Assembly: GCA_963788655.1 (NCBI GenBank) | Contig: CAWBHS010000081.1 | Location: forward strand, 32,001-96,000 | Length of the DNA stretch: 64,000 nt | Direction: 5' to 3' | From: an uncultured Verrucomicrobiae bacterium | Lineage (GTDB): Bacteria > Verrucomicrobiota > Verrucomicrobiia > Limisphaerales > JAFGQR01 | Part shown: piece after piece, positions 46,153-56,709 of the stretch | How positions within the stretch are numbered: the first letter of the stretch is position 1 | Layout of the letters: every line of letters begins with the position of its first letter | Made by a program: the position numbers and the translations under genes | Notes under the pieces: model-generated | What the model saw: the letters and a program-made list of their open reading frames with translations, nothing else | Told to the model about the DNA's origin: nothing | Database searches by the model: none

Positions 46153-47837
46153 TTAAGGTAACAACACAACGCGATAGAACCGGACGGCGGGGCGGCTTTG
46201 GGTTTTGGGCGGACCGCTATCGATCCATTGCACCTGACTGCCGTTTCCCTGAATGGGCGGCAGGGCGGTCAGCCATGTTGCCCCGGCGGTCAAGTTGCTG
46301 CTGTATTGCACGTAATAATTACGGTTGGAGAGCGTGCTGAATTCCACCAGGCATGTGCCGTTGGTCAAGGCAACCTTCGGCGCCGGCATGGAGGTGGTGA
46401 CTGGCAGATCCACGCGGGCAACCGGCGCGATAAGCGTGTGATATCCCGGATTGAAGATGCTGGCTGCATTGGTGAACGCGGCTAATTTGCAGCCGGTTGG
46501 TGAGGTAATATTCGAGGTGGAACTCCACCGTATCGCCGGGCGCCAGGGCCGGATTGTGTTGCACGTACAGCAAAGCGCCATTGGTCCCGGAGACGTTCCA
46601 CCAAACGCCGCCGGCAGGGGGGTGGTGGCCGCTAATTGCACCGCCGCAATGGGGACTTGGCTCGAATTCTTCACGATCACCGTTTGCTCGAACAACCCGG
46701 TTTGCCGATTGAGAACCAACGGCCCGATGTAATTGAGCGCTGGTCCGCCCAGAATGGTGATGCGCTGCTCACAAGCGGCGGTATTGCCGCAGGTATCGAT
46801 CGCCGTCACCTGCGGACCAATGTGTCTATAAATGTATTGGTGTCGATCACCTGGATGTCTACGATGGTGAGAACGGGACGGATCAACATTAAAGGGCACC
46901 AAGGGCAGCCAAAGGCAAACGGCTGATTCCAGTTCACCGTCAGATCCGCCGGAAATTGGAGGACTGGAGCGGTGCCATCGTTGAGGGTAAAGACTTGGGT
47001 GTCGCTGACGGAATTGCTCTCGCAATCCGTCATAGTATAAGTGCGCATGAAAAGTGCCGGACAGTTGGTGTTGATGAGCTCGTCCTGGTGGGTCAATATC
47101 AAGTCAGTGCATGAGCAGTTGGCGACGCGTCCGCCCAACGTGAGAAACTCCTCGATGGTCGTGGCCGCCGGCGGGATGTCCGCCACGTTGGCGACATTCG
47201 TGCCGGGCGGGGTGGTGATGGCATTGGAGGCGCACAAATCCAACGCAAAGCTGCTGGCGATACCGGTTCCGCTGGGAGGATGGGTAATGACCGCTTCGAG
47301 CGTGATCGAATACGGCGTCGTCACTGTGGCTCCAGCGGTGGATGTCCTGTCAAAGGCCCCGCCCGCAAAAGGCCCCAACTGAAGCCAGGCCGTTCCGGAA
47401 GTGTCCAGTGGTTGATTGGACGCATTGGCATAGAGCCGGAACGTCCCGTTCGCGGATTGCGCGAGTGTGCCGCCCACGGCGGTGATAAATTCGAAGGGCG
47501 GCACCGCTTCAAAATCCGTCTCCGAAAATTGCAGGGTCAGCGTGCCGCCAGGGTGCTCGCGTGGATAGAACTCAACGTCTATCCGAGGTGACCACGGTTG
47601 CCCGACATTGGGCTTGGTCCGTCCCGAAGTGACGGTGACATTAAAAGCACCGATGCCGCCGACATAGGTAATGATTCCGGGCACGGGACTCGAATCCAGC
47701 GGATCGCCGTCCTGGACCGTGACGGTCGTGCCGCCGGAACGAAGTTGAAGGACGGGAACAGCGGTGATCCTCAATGGTGCCAATAGACAAGCTAAAGCAA
47801 ACAAGATACCGCTCCATACCGCGAGTCGCGTTTTCAT
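46153..47837 (-). pseudogene. Decayed secreted protein (N-terminal beta domain, HYR-like repeats, LNRQTGLFEQ/WIDSGPPKT C-terminal domain)
   Basis: Signal peptide MKTRLAVW; pieces in ORFs 46806..47837, 46153..47025 and 46319..46573; ends RFYRVVLLP. Confidence 0.7.
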
Positions 47838-48258
47838 TGTAATCCATTACTAAAGCCTGTTCGAATGCCGCCATTTCGCAGACACAGCGTCAAGCGAGCA
47901 AGCGCGCATCCAATAACATGCCGATCCGACGACTAATCCGGTTACTTCCGCCATCGAACGATCCACCGGGCCTTGGATGGGCACATGAGCCCGCTGGACC
48001 AATCCGAACCTGTTCCGATGCACATTTGCCTCGTCATTGCCGGCGAACGCACACCAATCCAGGGTTCTAACGTATGCGATGCTAACAAGAATGGTGAACC
48101 ACACAAATAAAAAACACACCTTATCCGTATTTTCACAGACAGTAATGTCCCATAGCAGGGGGGCAGGGAAATTTCGCTTGGTCTTGAGTCAGTTCACCAA
48201 CGTGTGCCGGCACCCCATTGGTAAGCGTTGCGCACTCCAGTCCAAGGTCTGCACTGTC

Positions 48259-48333
48259 TCCCATCCGCAATCCTGCCGCAATCCACTTCACCGTCATCGC
48301 CGTTTCCACGCGTAAACGCCCCGCGACCACAAC
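48259..48333 (-). mobile_element. C-terminal remnant of a REP-associated tyrosine transposase (RAYT)-like gene
   Basis: VAGRLRVETAMTVKWIAAGLRMG resembles the RLRRETTMTLKWIAxRLxMG tail I recall for this family. Confidence 0.55.
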
Positions 48334-48561
48334 TTCTCCGGTACGAACTCTGGGCAACGTCCAGCAGACTGGACAAGGGCTCCCTGGTCGGCTTTAAACG
48401 AGGCCGTCCGAAGTTGCAGAGTCATGATCCAACGCCCTGACACAAGCAGCACGGCGTTCGAGGCGACCAATGCCCGGGCAAGCATTATCGAGAACCGACC
48501 GGGACAGACGCACGCGGGTTTGCCTTGCTTGCGCTGCCAAGTTGCTTCACAAAAGAGCAAA

Positions 48562-49107
48562 ATGCGTAAGCAAGATACCAAAACGCTTAATGCCAAATTG
48601 GCGCGAGTGAAGTTGCTGTTGTGCGACGTGGACGGCGTGTTGACCAATGCCACCGTCTTCCTGGGCAATGGACGCGAGTTCAAGCAGTTCAACATCCTGG
48701 ACGGCTTGGGCATGCGCATCCTGCAGCGCGAAGGTATCAAGGTGGGTTGGTTGTCCAATCGCCCGTCCGCCGCCACCAAACAGCGGGCCGAGGAATTGAA
48801 AATCGATTTTCTCTATCAGGCCGACGGCAACAAAATCACGGCCGTCGAAGCGATTCTGGCCAAAACCGACTTGGACTGGGCGGATGTTTGTTTCATGGGG
48901 GACGACGTGGTTGATCTGGGCGCGCTAAAACGAGCCGGCGTGCCTGTCACCGTGGCCAACGGCATCCCGGAAGCCAAACAGTTGGCGGCCTACGTGACTC
49001 GCGCCGAGGGCGGCCACGGCGCCGTCCGGGAAGTCGTTCGCCTGATTCTCAAAGCGCAGAAGAAATGGGACAAGGTCGTCGCCCGATACATCCAAGAAGG
49101 CAAGTGA
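48562..49107 (+). CDS. kdsC: KDO 8-phosphate phosphatase (HAD)
   Basis: LLLCDVDGVLT, KQFNILDGLG, FMGDDVVD, GGHGAVRE. Confidence 0.92.
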   Translation: MRKQDTKTLNAKLARVKLLLCDVDGVLTNATVFLGNGREFKQFNILDGLGMRILQREGIKVGWLSNRPSAATKQRAEELKIDFLYQADGNKITAVEAILAKTDLDWADVCFMGDDVVDLGALKRAGVPVTVANGIPEAKQLAAYVTRAEGGHGAVREVVRLILKAQKKWDKVVARYIQEGK

Positions 49108-51171
49108 ACGTCTGCCCCCGCCATAATTTGTTTTTTGGCCTGGCCGTCGGGATGATTGGGATGGCGATGCTCGTGGGATTAGATCAATCATTGTCCGCGC
49201 AGAATTTCAACCTGGGACGGATGAAGGATTTTCGATTTCCCCAGTTTTATGATTCCGCCGACGTTCCCGCCGGCCAAACCACGCGCCTGCGCACCTTGAT
49301 CACCGGCGCCGTAGCGACCCCGCAATCGAACGGACTGGTTCTGGTAACAAGTGCCCGCATCCTGAGCTACGCCCGCAACGGCACCACCAATGCCATCACC
49401 GAGGCGCCGGAATGCCTGGTGAATACCACCCGTCGCGAAGTGTTCTCCCCCGGACCGATCCAACTGCAGACCGGCGATGGTCAGTTCCAGACCGAGGGTC
49501 AGGGGTTTCTCTGCCGGCTGACGAATTTTAATATTTTCATTTCCAACAACGTTCGAACGGTGATCAAACAGGTAGCGAGCAACCGGTTCTCCGGCCTGGC
49601 ACTTGGTGATCTGGCCCAATCCGGCCAATCCAAATCCAACACCGCCACCACGGTCCAAGCCCCAATCACCGTCGAGTCCAAGCAACTCAAGTTCAATCGG
49701 GAAGCCAACGAGGTGCTCTACGAGCGCATCGTAAGAGTCAACAACGCCCAATTGGGTATCGCCTGCGATCGGCTGCGGTTGCAATTGGATACCAACGGTA
49801 CCATTGAAGAAATTGTGGCCGACCAGGAGGTGCGGATCACCAGCAAAACCGATTCGAGCCGGGCCGAAGCGGACCGGGCGATTTACACGGCGGCTCCAGA
49901 TCACGCCGGGTTGCAACTCCTCGGCCATGCCCGGTGGAACGACGGCGCCCGATCCGGCGCGGCGGAAACCATGACGTTCGATCCTGCGCGCAACATCCTG
50001 GTGGCCCACCATGATGCCCTGCTGCAACTGCCCCGGACCGCGGTGAGGCAGTTCAGTAGCCTCTCCGGCCCGACCAATGCGCGAACAAATCAACCGCCGG
50101 CGGGTTTCACCACACTCTCAAATCAATTCGTGGATGTCCGTGCGGAATGGCTCACCATCGAGCTTCCCGCTGCGGACCGGCCGTTCCGTTCAGTACCGGG
50201 CGCAAACCAATGTGGTGATCCTGAGTCCCGCCGACCACAGCCAGGCCACGGGCGACGAGGCGACTTACCACGAAGCCACGGGGCGATTGGCACTCACCGG
50301 CCAAGCCCAATGGCAGGACGACGAACTGCTCATGAAGGCCCGGACACTCGAATATGACCGCACGAACAATGTCTTCAGTGCCCAGGACGACGCCTATTTG
50401 AAAATGCGCCTCTCGGCGGTCGGTCGGCCCAAAGCGTTAGGCGGTTCTACCGGCAACTCAGCTTCGGCGTCGGCGCTGACCAACCAATTCATCGAGGTGA
50501 ATTGCCAAGGTTACGACTACAAGAACGAATGGCTGACGTTTCGACATGACGTCAAAGGACGATTACTCGAAGGCGACACGTTGCAAGGCACGGTCAATTG
50601 TGAGTCCGTGGGCTTGAAGTTCCACAGCAACCGACTCGAACGCGTCGAGTTGCATCAGAAGGTGCGGGCGGACCAGTTACCGCTGGGGCCGCGCAACCAA
50701 GCGCGGGTGGGCCGCACGCTGACCTGCGAAAGCCTCGAAGCTGATCTTTCACCCGACGGCTATATCCGCCATCTCGTCGTCCGCACGAATGTTCTGGCCC
50801 GGCAAATGGATTGGCTGGCCGGCAGCTTGGTCAGCACAGAAACCACGTTTGCCGCCAACATCGTGACCGCGGACTTCTTCCCGCACACCAATGCGGTGGC
50901 GGTCGCCGTGGCGGACGGAAACGTGGTGGCGCAGCAGGACCATCGAACCGCCAGTGGCAACCAGGCCGTGTACACCGCTACCAACGACCTGCTCGTCCTG
51001 CACGGAGACGCCAGACTGGTATTGGATTTGGGAGTCGTGTTCACGAGCCCCAGCTTCAACCTGCGACCGTTTCAACGCTGGCTGCGCGAAGGAGAGGTGG
51101 GGGCTTTCGGTCTGCCCGTGTTGCCCCCGCGCAAAACCGAATCGGCCTCCACCCGTCCGCCCCATGACTGA
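49104..51171 (+). CDS. LptC/LptA(OstA)-like multi-jellyroll LPS transport protein (frameshift ~50195)
   Basis: Lies between kdsC and lptB with a GTGA overlap; repeated AxGxxAxY...LxLxGxA OstA-like motifs. Confidence 0.75.
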
Positions 51172-51198
51172 CCACAAGCCGCGCCGACATCTCCACGC

Positions 51199-51921
51199 AT
51201 GAGCCTGATCAAAACCGACCAACTCGTTAAAGAATACCGTGGCCGTCGGGTGGTAAACGGAGTTTCGATCACGGTGAATGCCGGGCAGATTGTTGGATTG
51301 CTGGGGCCGAACGGCGCCGGCAAGACCACCACCTTCAACATGGTGGTGGGCGTCGTGAAACCGGACCGCGGGCAGGTCATTTTCCAGGACCGCACCATCA
51401 CCACGGAGCCAATGCACTTGCGCGCCCGGTTGGGCATCGGTTACTTGACCCAGGAGCCATCCGTGTTCCGCAAGCTCACCGTCGAGCAAAACATCCTGGC
51501 TATTCTCGAAACCTGCCGGATGAGTCGCGAGGAACGCCGGGTGCGGTTGCGCTATCTGTTGGACGAGTTGGACCTCACGCCGCTGGCCGCCAACAAGGCC
51601 TACACCCTCAGCGGCGGAGAGAAGCGCCGGCTGGAAATCACCCGCTCGCTCGTGACCCACCCGAAGCTCATGCTGCTGGACGAACCGTTCAGCGGCATCG
51701 ACCCGATTGCCGTTTACGAGGTCCAGAAGATCCTGCGCCGTCTCAAGGAACGCGGCCTGGGCATTTTGATCACTGACCACAACGTGCGGGAAACATTGAA
51801 GCTGGTGGACCGGGCTTATTTGATCCACAAAGGCGAAGTGCTCCGGGAAGGCAGCGCTGAGTTCCTGGTCAACGATCCGAAATCCCGAGAGATTTACCTG
51901 GGACCGGAATTTAACTTGTAA
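51199..51921 (+). CDS. lptB: LPS export ABC transporter ATPase
   Basis: GLLGPNGAGKTTTF, YLTQEPSVFRKL, LSGGEKRRLEI, LLDEPFSGIDP, ITDHNVRETL, YLG. Confidence 0.97.
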   Translation: MSLIKTDQLVKEYRGRRVVNGVSITVNAGQIVGLLGPNGAGKTTTFNMVVGVVKPDRGQVIFQDRTITTEPMHLRARLGIGYLTQEPSVFRKLTVEQNILAILETCRMSREERRVRLRYLLDELDLTPLAANKAYTLSGGEKRRLEITRSLVTHPKLMLLDEPFSGIDPIAVYEVQKILRRLKERGLGILITDHNVRETLKLVDRAYLIHKGEVLREGSAEFLVNDPKSREIYLGPEFNL

Positions 51922-51929
51922 CCGCAACT

Positions 51930-51945
51930 TGGCACTGGTTTTGCA
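51930..51945 (+). promoter_or_regulatory. Sigma54 promoter upstream of hprK-ptsH
   Basis: TGGCAC-TGGTT-TTGCA, full -24/-12 consensus. Confidence 0.75.
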
Positions 51946-52015
51946 TGCGCAAGACCACTTAGATTGGCGCCGGCACAACTGATGAGTTCACCAACTAAAC
52001 CCACCCTAATCTGCT

Positions 52016-52963
52016 ATGCCTCGTGATGTCGTCACCGTCGAACGGTTCGCCAAAGAAAAAAGCAAAAGCCTTGGACTGAAGTTGCACTCCGGCGGCCATG
52101 GAATGTCCCGCGTCATTCGCGAGCCCACCGTAAACCGCCCCGGACTGGCTCTGGCGGGATTCACCAAATACTTCGCCAGCCGGCGGATTCAGGTGATGGG
52201 CAACGCGGAAGCTTCCTTCCTCCAGTCACTCACGTCCAAGGAACGCCTCCGCCGTTACTCCCATTTGCTGGGCTACCGCATTCCCTGTGTGGTCTTCTGT
52301 CGCAATCTTCTGCCCGACGACGATTTTACCCGGGCGGCGGAGAAGGTCAGTGTGCCGATTTTCACCTGCCCGCTCATCACCATGAAATTCATCAACCTGG
52401 CCACGCTGGCGCTCGAAGCCATGTTTGCTCCCCGCGGCACCGAAATGGGCAGCATGGTGGACATTCTGGGCATCGGCGTCATGATCCGGGGTGAAAGCGG
52501 CATCGGCAAAAGCGAGTGCGCCTTGAACCTGATCGAACGCGGCTACAGCCTGGTTTCCGATGACGTCACCAAGGTCACGCTGCTGGACGGGCGCGAGGTC
52601 ATGGGCTCCAGTTCGGAAGTCACCCGCAACCACATGGAAGTCCGCGGCATCGGCATCATTAACGTCGCCTCGATGTTCGGCGTGCGGAGCATCCGCCGCG
52701 AAAAGCGCCTCGACTTGGTCGTTTCGCTAAAACCCTGGAACCAGGTGAACGACGTGGACCGGCTGGGCATGGAAGAGGAATTCGTCAAAATCCTCGGCAT
52801 CAACATCCCGCATATCACCATCCCGGTCCGCCCGGGACGCGATCTGGCCCGCTTGATCGAGGTCGCCGCGTTCCAAATCAAGCTGCGCCTGGCCGGGTAC
52901 AATGCGGCCAAGGAACTGGACGAACGTTTGATTTCCATGATGAGCCGGCCGGCGGAAGATTAA
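52016..52963 (+). CDS. hprK: HPr(Ser) kinase/phosphorylase
   Basis: NRPGLALAGF, GESGIGKSECAL, LVSDD, MEVRGIGII, IPVRPGR. Confidence 0.96.
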   Translation: MPRDVVTVERFAKEKSKSLGLKLHSGGHGMSRVIREPTVNRPGLALAGFTKYFASRRIQVMGNAEASFLQSLTSKERLRRYSHLLGYRIPCVVFCRNLLPDDDFTRAAEKVSVPIFTCPLITMKFINLATLALEAMFAPRGTEMGSMVDILGIGVMIRGESGIGKSECALNLIERGYSLVSDDVTKVTLLDGREVMGSSSEVTRNHMEVRGIGIINVASMFGVRSIRREKRLDLVVSLKPWNQVNDVDRLGMEEEFVKILGINIPHITIPVRPGRDLARLIEVAAFQIKLRLAGYNAAKELDERLISMMSRPAED

Positions 52964-53010
52964 TTATTCGATTGGCAAACACCATCGCTTCCGCCTAGAC
53001 TGGTCGGGAA

Positions 53011-53313
53011 ATGAGTGGCGCGCGTCGAGCAACTGAAGATGAAATGAAGGTAACGAAAGATATGTTGGTTACCAACAAACTGGGCATCCACGCCCGGCCC
53101 GCCGCCCTGTTCGTCAAAACCGCCAACCGATTCGTCAGCGATATTTACGTGGAAAAAGACGGCGAACGCGTCAACGGCAAAAGCATCATGGGGTTGATGA
53201 TGCTGGCCGCCGGTCCGGGCAGTAAACTCACCGTCCATGCCGAAGGCGGCGACGCCTCGCGGGCCTTGACGGAACTGGAAGAGTTGCTCAACCGCAAGTT
53301 TGACGAAGATTGA
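53011..53313 (+). CDS. ptsH: Phosphocarrier protein HPr
   Basis: NKLGIHARPAA (His15), GKSIMGLMML (Ser46); alternative start ATG 53044. Confidence 0.93.
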   Translation: MSGARRATEDEMKVTKDMLVTNKLGIHARPAALFVKTANRFVSDIYVEKDGERVNGKSIMGLMMLAAGPGSKLTVHAEGGDASRALTELEELLNRKFDED

Positions 53314-53472
53314 GCGTTGCCGAGCCGCAACGTTCCCAGGGGCTTGTCGGGGATTTTGAGGTGGCGGCAGGGATGGCGCCCACAACGTTCGAAGCGGTCG
53401 CGCCCCCCTCAACGCCCGCCCTCATTGGACCAAGGGAGTTTCATCGCAAACACTAATTAATCTTTCAACCAA

Positions 53473-54243
53473 TCACATCCCCATAATTTGGTACCCGCAA
53501 TCCACGTAAAGCACCTGTCCGGTAATGGCCGCGGCCCCGTCGCTGGCGAGGAACAGTCCCGTGGCGCCGAGTTCGTCCGGAACGACGTTGCGTTTGAGCG
53601 GGGCGTGTTCCTCGTAATGCTTGAGCATAGCGCTGAAGCCGGAAATACCCCGGGCAGCCAGCGTGTTCACCGGTCCGGCACTGATACAGTTCACCCGGAT
53701 CTTCTGCGGTCCCAGGTCGTAAGCCAGGTAACGAGTGCTGGCTTCCAGCGAGGCTTTGGCCACGCCCATAACGTTGTAATGGGGCACCACCTTCTCCGCG
53801 CCGTAATAACTCATGGCCACGATGCTGCCACCGTCGGTCATCAATGGAGCCGCGGCGCGCCCCAGGGCGATCAGCGAATAGGCGCTGACATCGTGCGCAA
53901 TGCGAAAGGCCTCGCGGCTGGTGTTGACAAACTGGCCTTCCAGCGCGTCCTTCGGCGCAAACGCCACCGAGTGCAGCAGCAGATGCAGCTTGCCGAATTT
54001 TTGTCCAACCTCGGCGAACACGCGGGCAATCTCGTCGTCTTTGGTCACGTCGCACGGCAGGATCAACGTATCGGCGCCAAACGTACCGGCCAGCTCTTCG
54101 ACATTATCCTTGAGCCGCTCGCCTTGATAGGTGAACGCCAGCCGGGCACCGGCCTGGGCCCAGGCTTGCGCGATGGCCCAGGCGATGGAGCGTTTGTTGG
54201 CGACGCCAAAGACAATTCCCAGTTTTCCTTCGAGTAATGACAT
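53473..54243 (-). CDS. fabI: Enoyl-ACP reductase
   Basis: GVANKRSIAWAIA, HSVAFA, SAYSL, YNVMGVAKASLE, ISAGPVNTLAA. Confidence 0.96.
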   Translation of the reverse strand: MSLLEGKLGIVFGVANKRSIAWAIAQAWAQAGARLAFTYQGERLKDNVEELAGTFGADTLILPCDVTKDDEIARVFAEVGQKFGKLHLLLHSVAFAPKDALEGQFVNTSREAFRIAHDVSAYSLIALGRAAAPLMTDGGSIVAMSYYGAEKVVPHYNVMGVAKASLEASTRYLAYDLGPQKIRVNCISAGPVNTLAARGISGFSAMLKHYEEHAPLKRNVVPDELGATGLFLASDGAAAITGQVLYVDCGYQIMGM

Positions 54244-54302
54244 AGTTCGATTTTTCTTGTTGGCGCTGAGCATGCCGGCAAAACGGGGGAAGGATCAAGT
54301 AT

Positions 54303-55682
54303 TCAACTGCGCCGCCCGTTGCGCCGCAGCCAGAAGAGGCCGGCCAATCCCACCACCAACAAGCCACTGACCGCCAGCGTGCTTACGTTGGGCTGTCCGG
54401 AAAAATAACGCAGCACCGCCGCACCGAGCGCCGGCCCGGCGAAGATCCCGAAGCCGATGGCGGACTCGTGAATCCCGCCGTGGACGCCTTTGGTCTCCGT
54501 GGTATCCATTGAATAGAAAAGTGATGAGTAGTAAATCAGCCCGATGGCCCAACCAAAAAAGAGTTGGGCGATCACCACCGCCCACAACTGCGGCACCAGG
54601 AACACAGCGAGGAAACTGCCGATCAGCGCCAGGTACGCACTCAGCAGCCAGCCAAAGTGGTAATGCCATCGTGTCCATTGCCAGTGCAGCACGAACGCCC
54701 CCAGCCGGGCAAAGAGCCAGATCGAACAAAAAAATCCGGCGTACATTGGGGTCAGTTCGTAGCGGCGGGCCAGCGCCGGGATCAGCGGAATCACGGTGCT
54801 GATGGCGATGTAGGCAAACGGATTGGCGAGCCAGGCCATGCGTTGGAACGTGGCTGCGGTCGCGGGAACTGCGTTGCTCGGATCGACATCCGAAGGCCAG
54901 TCCGCAGTGGTCGCGGAGTCCAATGATTGAAGCGGGACCGAATCGGGATTAGGTGCGAAACGGGCGCCGTCCAATTCAGGGGTAGCGTTTGGCAACGCTG
55001 CTTCGGAAATACGACTGGAAGCGGCGACGTGGGCGAGGTCGGAAGCGGGGGCAACCGTGACGCGGGAAAGTTGTTGTTCGAAATGATAACGTCGTTCGAG
55101 CCAAAAGGTGAGTCCCCACTGCACTGCGTGGAGTATCGCCGGAATCCAGAACACGCTCGCCGATCCCAGGAACGTAAACAATGCCCCACCCGCAAACGAT
55201 GCGATCCCACCACCGCTGGCCCACACCACGTTGTAAATGCCGACCATCCGGGTAACACCCGCCCGGTCTTCGTCTTCGCTCGCCAGCGCTTCGAGCGTGG
55301 GCCAGGTGAAACACATGCCAACCGTCCAGAGCAGAATGCCGGCGACTTGTGCCGCGCTGCCGCCGACCAGCAGACCAGTCAGCATGCCCAATCCCATGAT
55401 GGCGAAGCCAACTTTGAGGCTTGTGAAATAACCGTAAGTCTGGCCGAACCGTCCGCCGTACCAGGCGGACAAGCAATAGACCAGTCCGCTGGTCGCGGCC
55501 ATCGCGAGGTTGCTCAAATTGCTAAATCCGAACCGAAGCTGAAGGTAGAAAAACAGGTAGGTGAAATAATAAACCGTGGCCAAGGCGTTGAGGGCCTCCA
55601 ACGTGAAATATCCCAGCTTGAGTTTGCGATGCGTCATTGGCAGCGATGAATCGGGCCCCGCCGATCGGGCGGTGGCCGTCAT
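54303..55682 (-). CDS. MFS transporter
   Basis: About 12 TM helices in two halves with a long central loop; WPTLEALASE, GGIHESAIG. Confidence 0.85.
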   Translation of the reverse strand: MTATARSAGPDSSLPMTHRKLKLGYFTLEALNALATVYYFTYLFFYLQLRFGFSNLSNLAMAATSGLVYCLSAWYGGRFGQTYGYFTSLKVGFAIMGLGMLTGLLVGGSAAQVAGILLWTVGMCFTWPTLEALASEDEDRAGVTRMVGIYNVVWASGGGIASFAGGALFTFLGSASVFWIPAILHAVQWGLTFWLERRYHFEQQLSRVTVAPASDLAHVAASSRISEAALPNATPELDGARFAPNPDSVPLQSLDSATTADWPSDVDPSNAVPATAATFQRMAWLANPFAYIAISTVIPLIPALARRYELTPMYAGFFCSIWLFARLGAFVLHWQWTRWHYHFGWLLSAYLALIGSFLAVFLVPQLWAVVIAQLFFGWAIGLIYYSSLFYSMDTTETKGVHGGIHESAIGFGIFAGPALGAAVLRYFSGQPNVSTLAVSGLLVVGLAGLFWLRRNGRRS

Positions 55683-55714
55683 AGCATGACGGACTCTTTA
55701 GCCAAGGGGCATGA

Positions 55715-55855
55715 AATGACCAATGGCCAAGGACCAATGACCAGAGAATGACCAATGCCCAAGGACCAGTTAAGCAGAGTGAGGCCGTGTGATTGGCGAT
55801 TGGAACTTGGGAATTGGAGCATTCTTTGGGACTCGGTCATTGGACATTGGTCATT
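55715..55855. repeat. Heptamer tandem repeats (AATGACC)n...(GGTCATT)n in inverted arrangement
   Basis: aatgaccaatggccaaggaccaatgacc at the left; ggtcattggacattggtcatt at the right. Confidence 0.8.
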
Positions 55856-55956
55856 GCCATTGCAAGCAATCCTCGACCTGCCCAGAATGCCACAATTCCT
55901 CTGGCGTGTTCGCCTTTCGTTCGTTCGGCTTTCGAATTTCCGTCGCTCCTTCCTCG

Positions 55957-56472
55957 CTAATAATCGTACAGCCCGCTGTCGTGGCTGTAAGCACCGCCAC
56001 CGCCGCCCATACCGTCTTCATCGCCTGGTCCGCCCATGAAATCGCCCAACACGTCGCCCATGTCCTCTTCGATCTTCTCAGGATCTTCGCCCGCCTCGAG
56101 CCGTTTGATGGCCACGTCCATTTCCTTGGGCATGGTGCCGGCGGGCATGAGATCCTTCATCTTCTTCATCAGATGCGCCATGTGCTTGGGATTATTTTCA
56201 TCCAAATGTTCCATGTCGCGCTCCAATTCGCCCATGGCCCGCATCACGCGCGGATCGTCCATGTCCGGCATCGACGGACCGCCTTCGTCGTCCATCTCCG
56301 GTTTGGCGGCGGGTTCCTTGATCCCCTTGGTCATGGCGAACCGGCTCATTTGGCGGACCATTTTCTTATTGCCGCATTTGGGGCACTTCGGCTGGCGCTC
56401 CGGGTTGACTCGCTGCGAAAGGAAATTAAAAATCACCCGGCACTTCGGGCAGGCAAATTCGTAGATCGGCAT
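55957..56472 (-). CDS. FmdB-family zinc-ribbon protein with acidic/Met-rich C-terminus
   Basis: MPIYEFACPKC...CPKCG...MSRFA; RLEAGEDPEKIE. Confidence 0.85.
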   Translation of the reverse strand: MPIYEFACPKCRVIFNFLSQRVNPERQPKCPKCGNKKMVRQMSRFAMTKGIKEPAAKPEMDDEGGPSMPDMDDPRVMRAMGELERDMEHLDENNPKHMAHLMKKMKDLMPAGTMPKEMDVAIKRLEAGEDPEKIEEDMGDVLGDFMGGPGDEDGMGGGGGAYSHDSGLYDY

Positions 56473-56607
56473 AGTTCGTTACACAATTCCATTGTTCCAA
56501 CACCGTGGAGAATGAACAAAGGAACCTTCCCGCGTCAAGCGCCGGACACAATTCAATTCCTGCGCGCCGGCGATCTTTTCACCCCTTCTCCGCTCCAGAA
56601 CCATCGA

Positions 56608-56692
56608 GGTGGGGCGCTCAGTCCTCTGCGCCGCGAACGTTGCCGACTGCGCCCTGGGACAAAGCGGCGGGCACGGAGTGGCGCGCCCGACC
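56608..56692. repeat. REP-like inverted repeat GGTGGGGCGC...GCGCCCGACC
   Basis: Imperfect arms at 56608-56634 and 56664-56692. Confidence 0.6.
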
Positions 56693-56709
56693 AGCCCCCT
56701 GAATGACAA

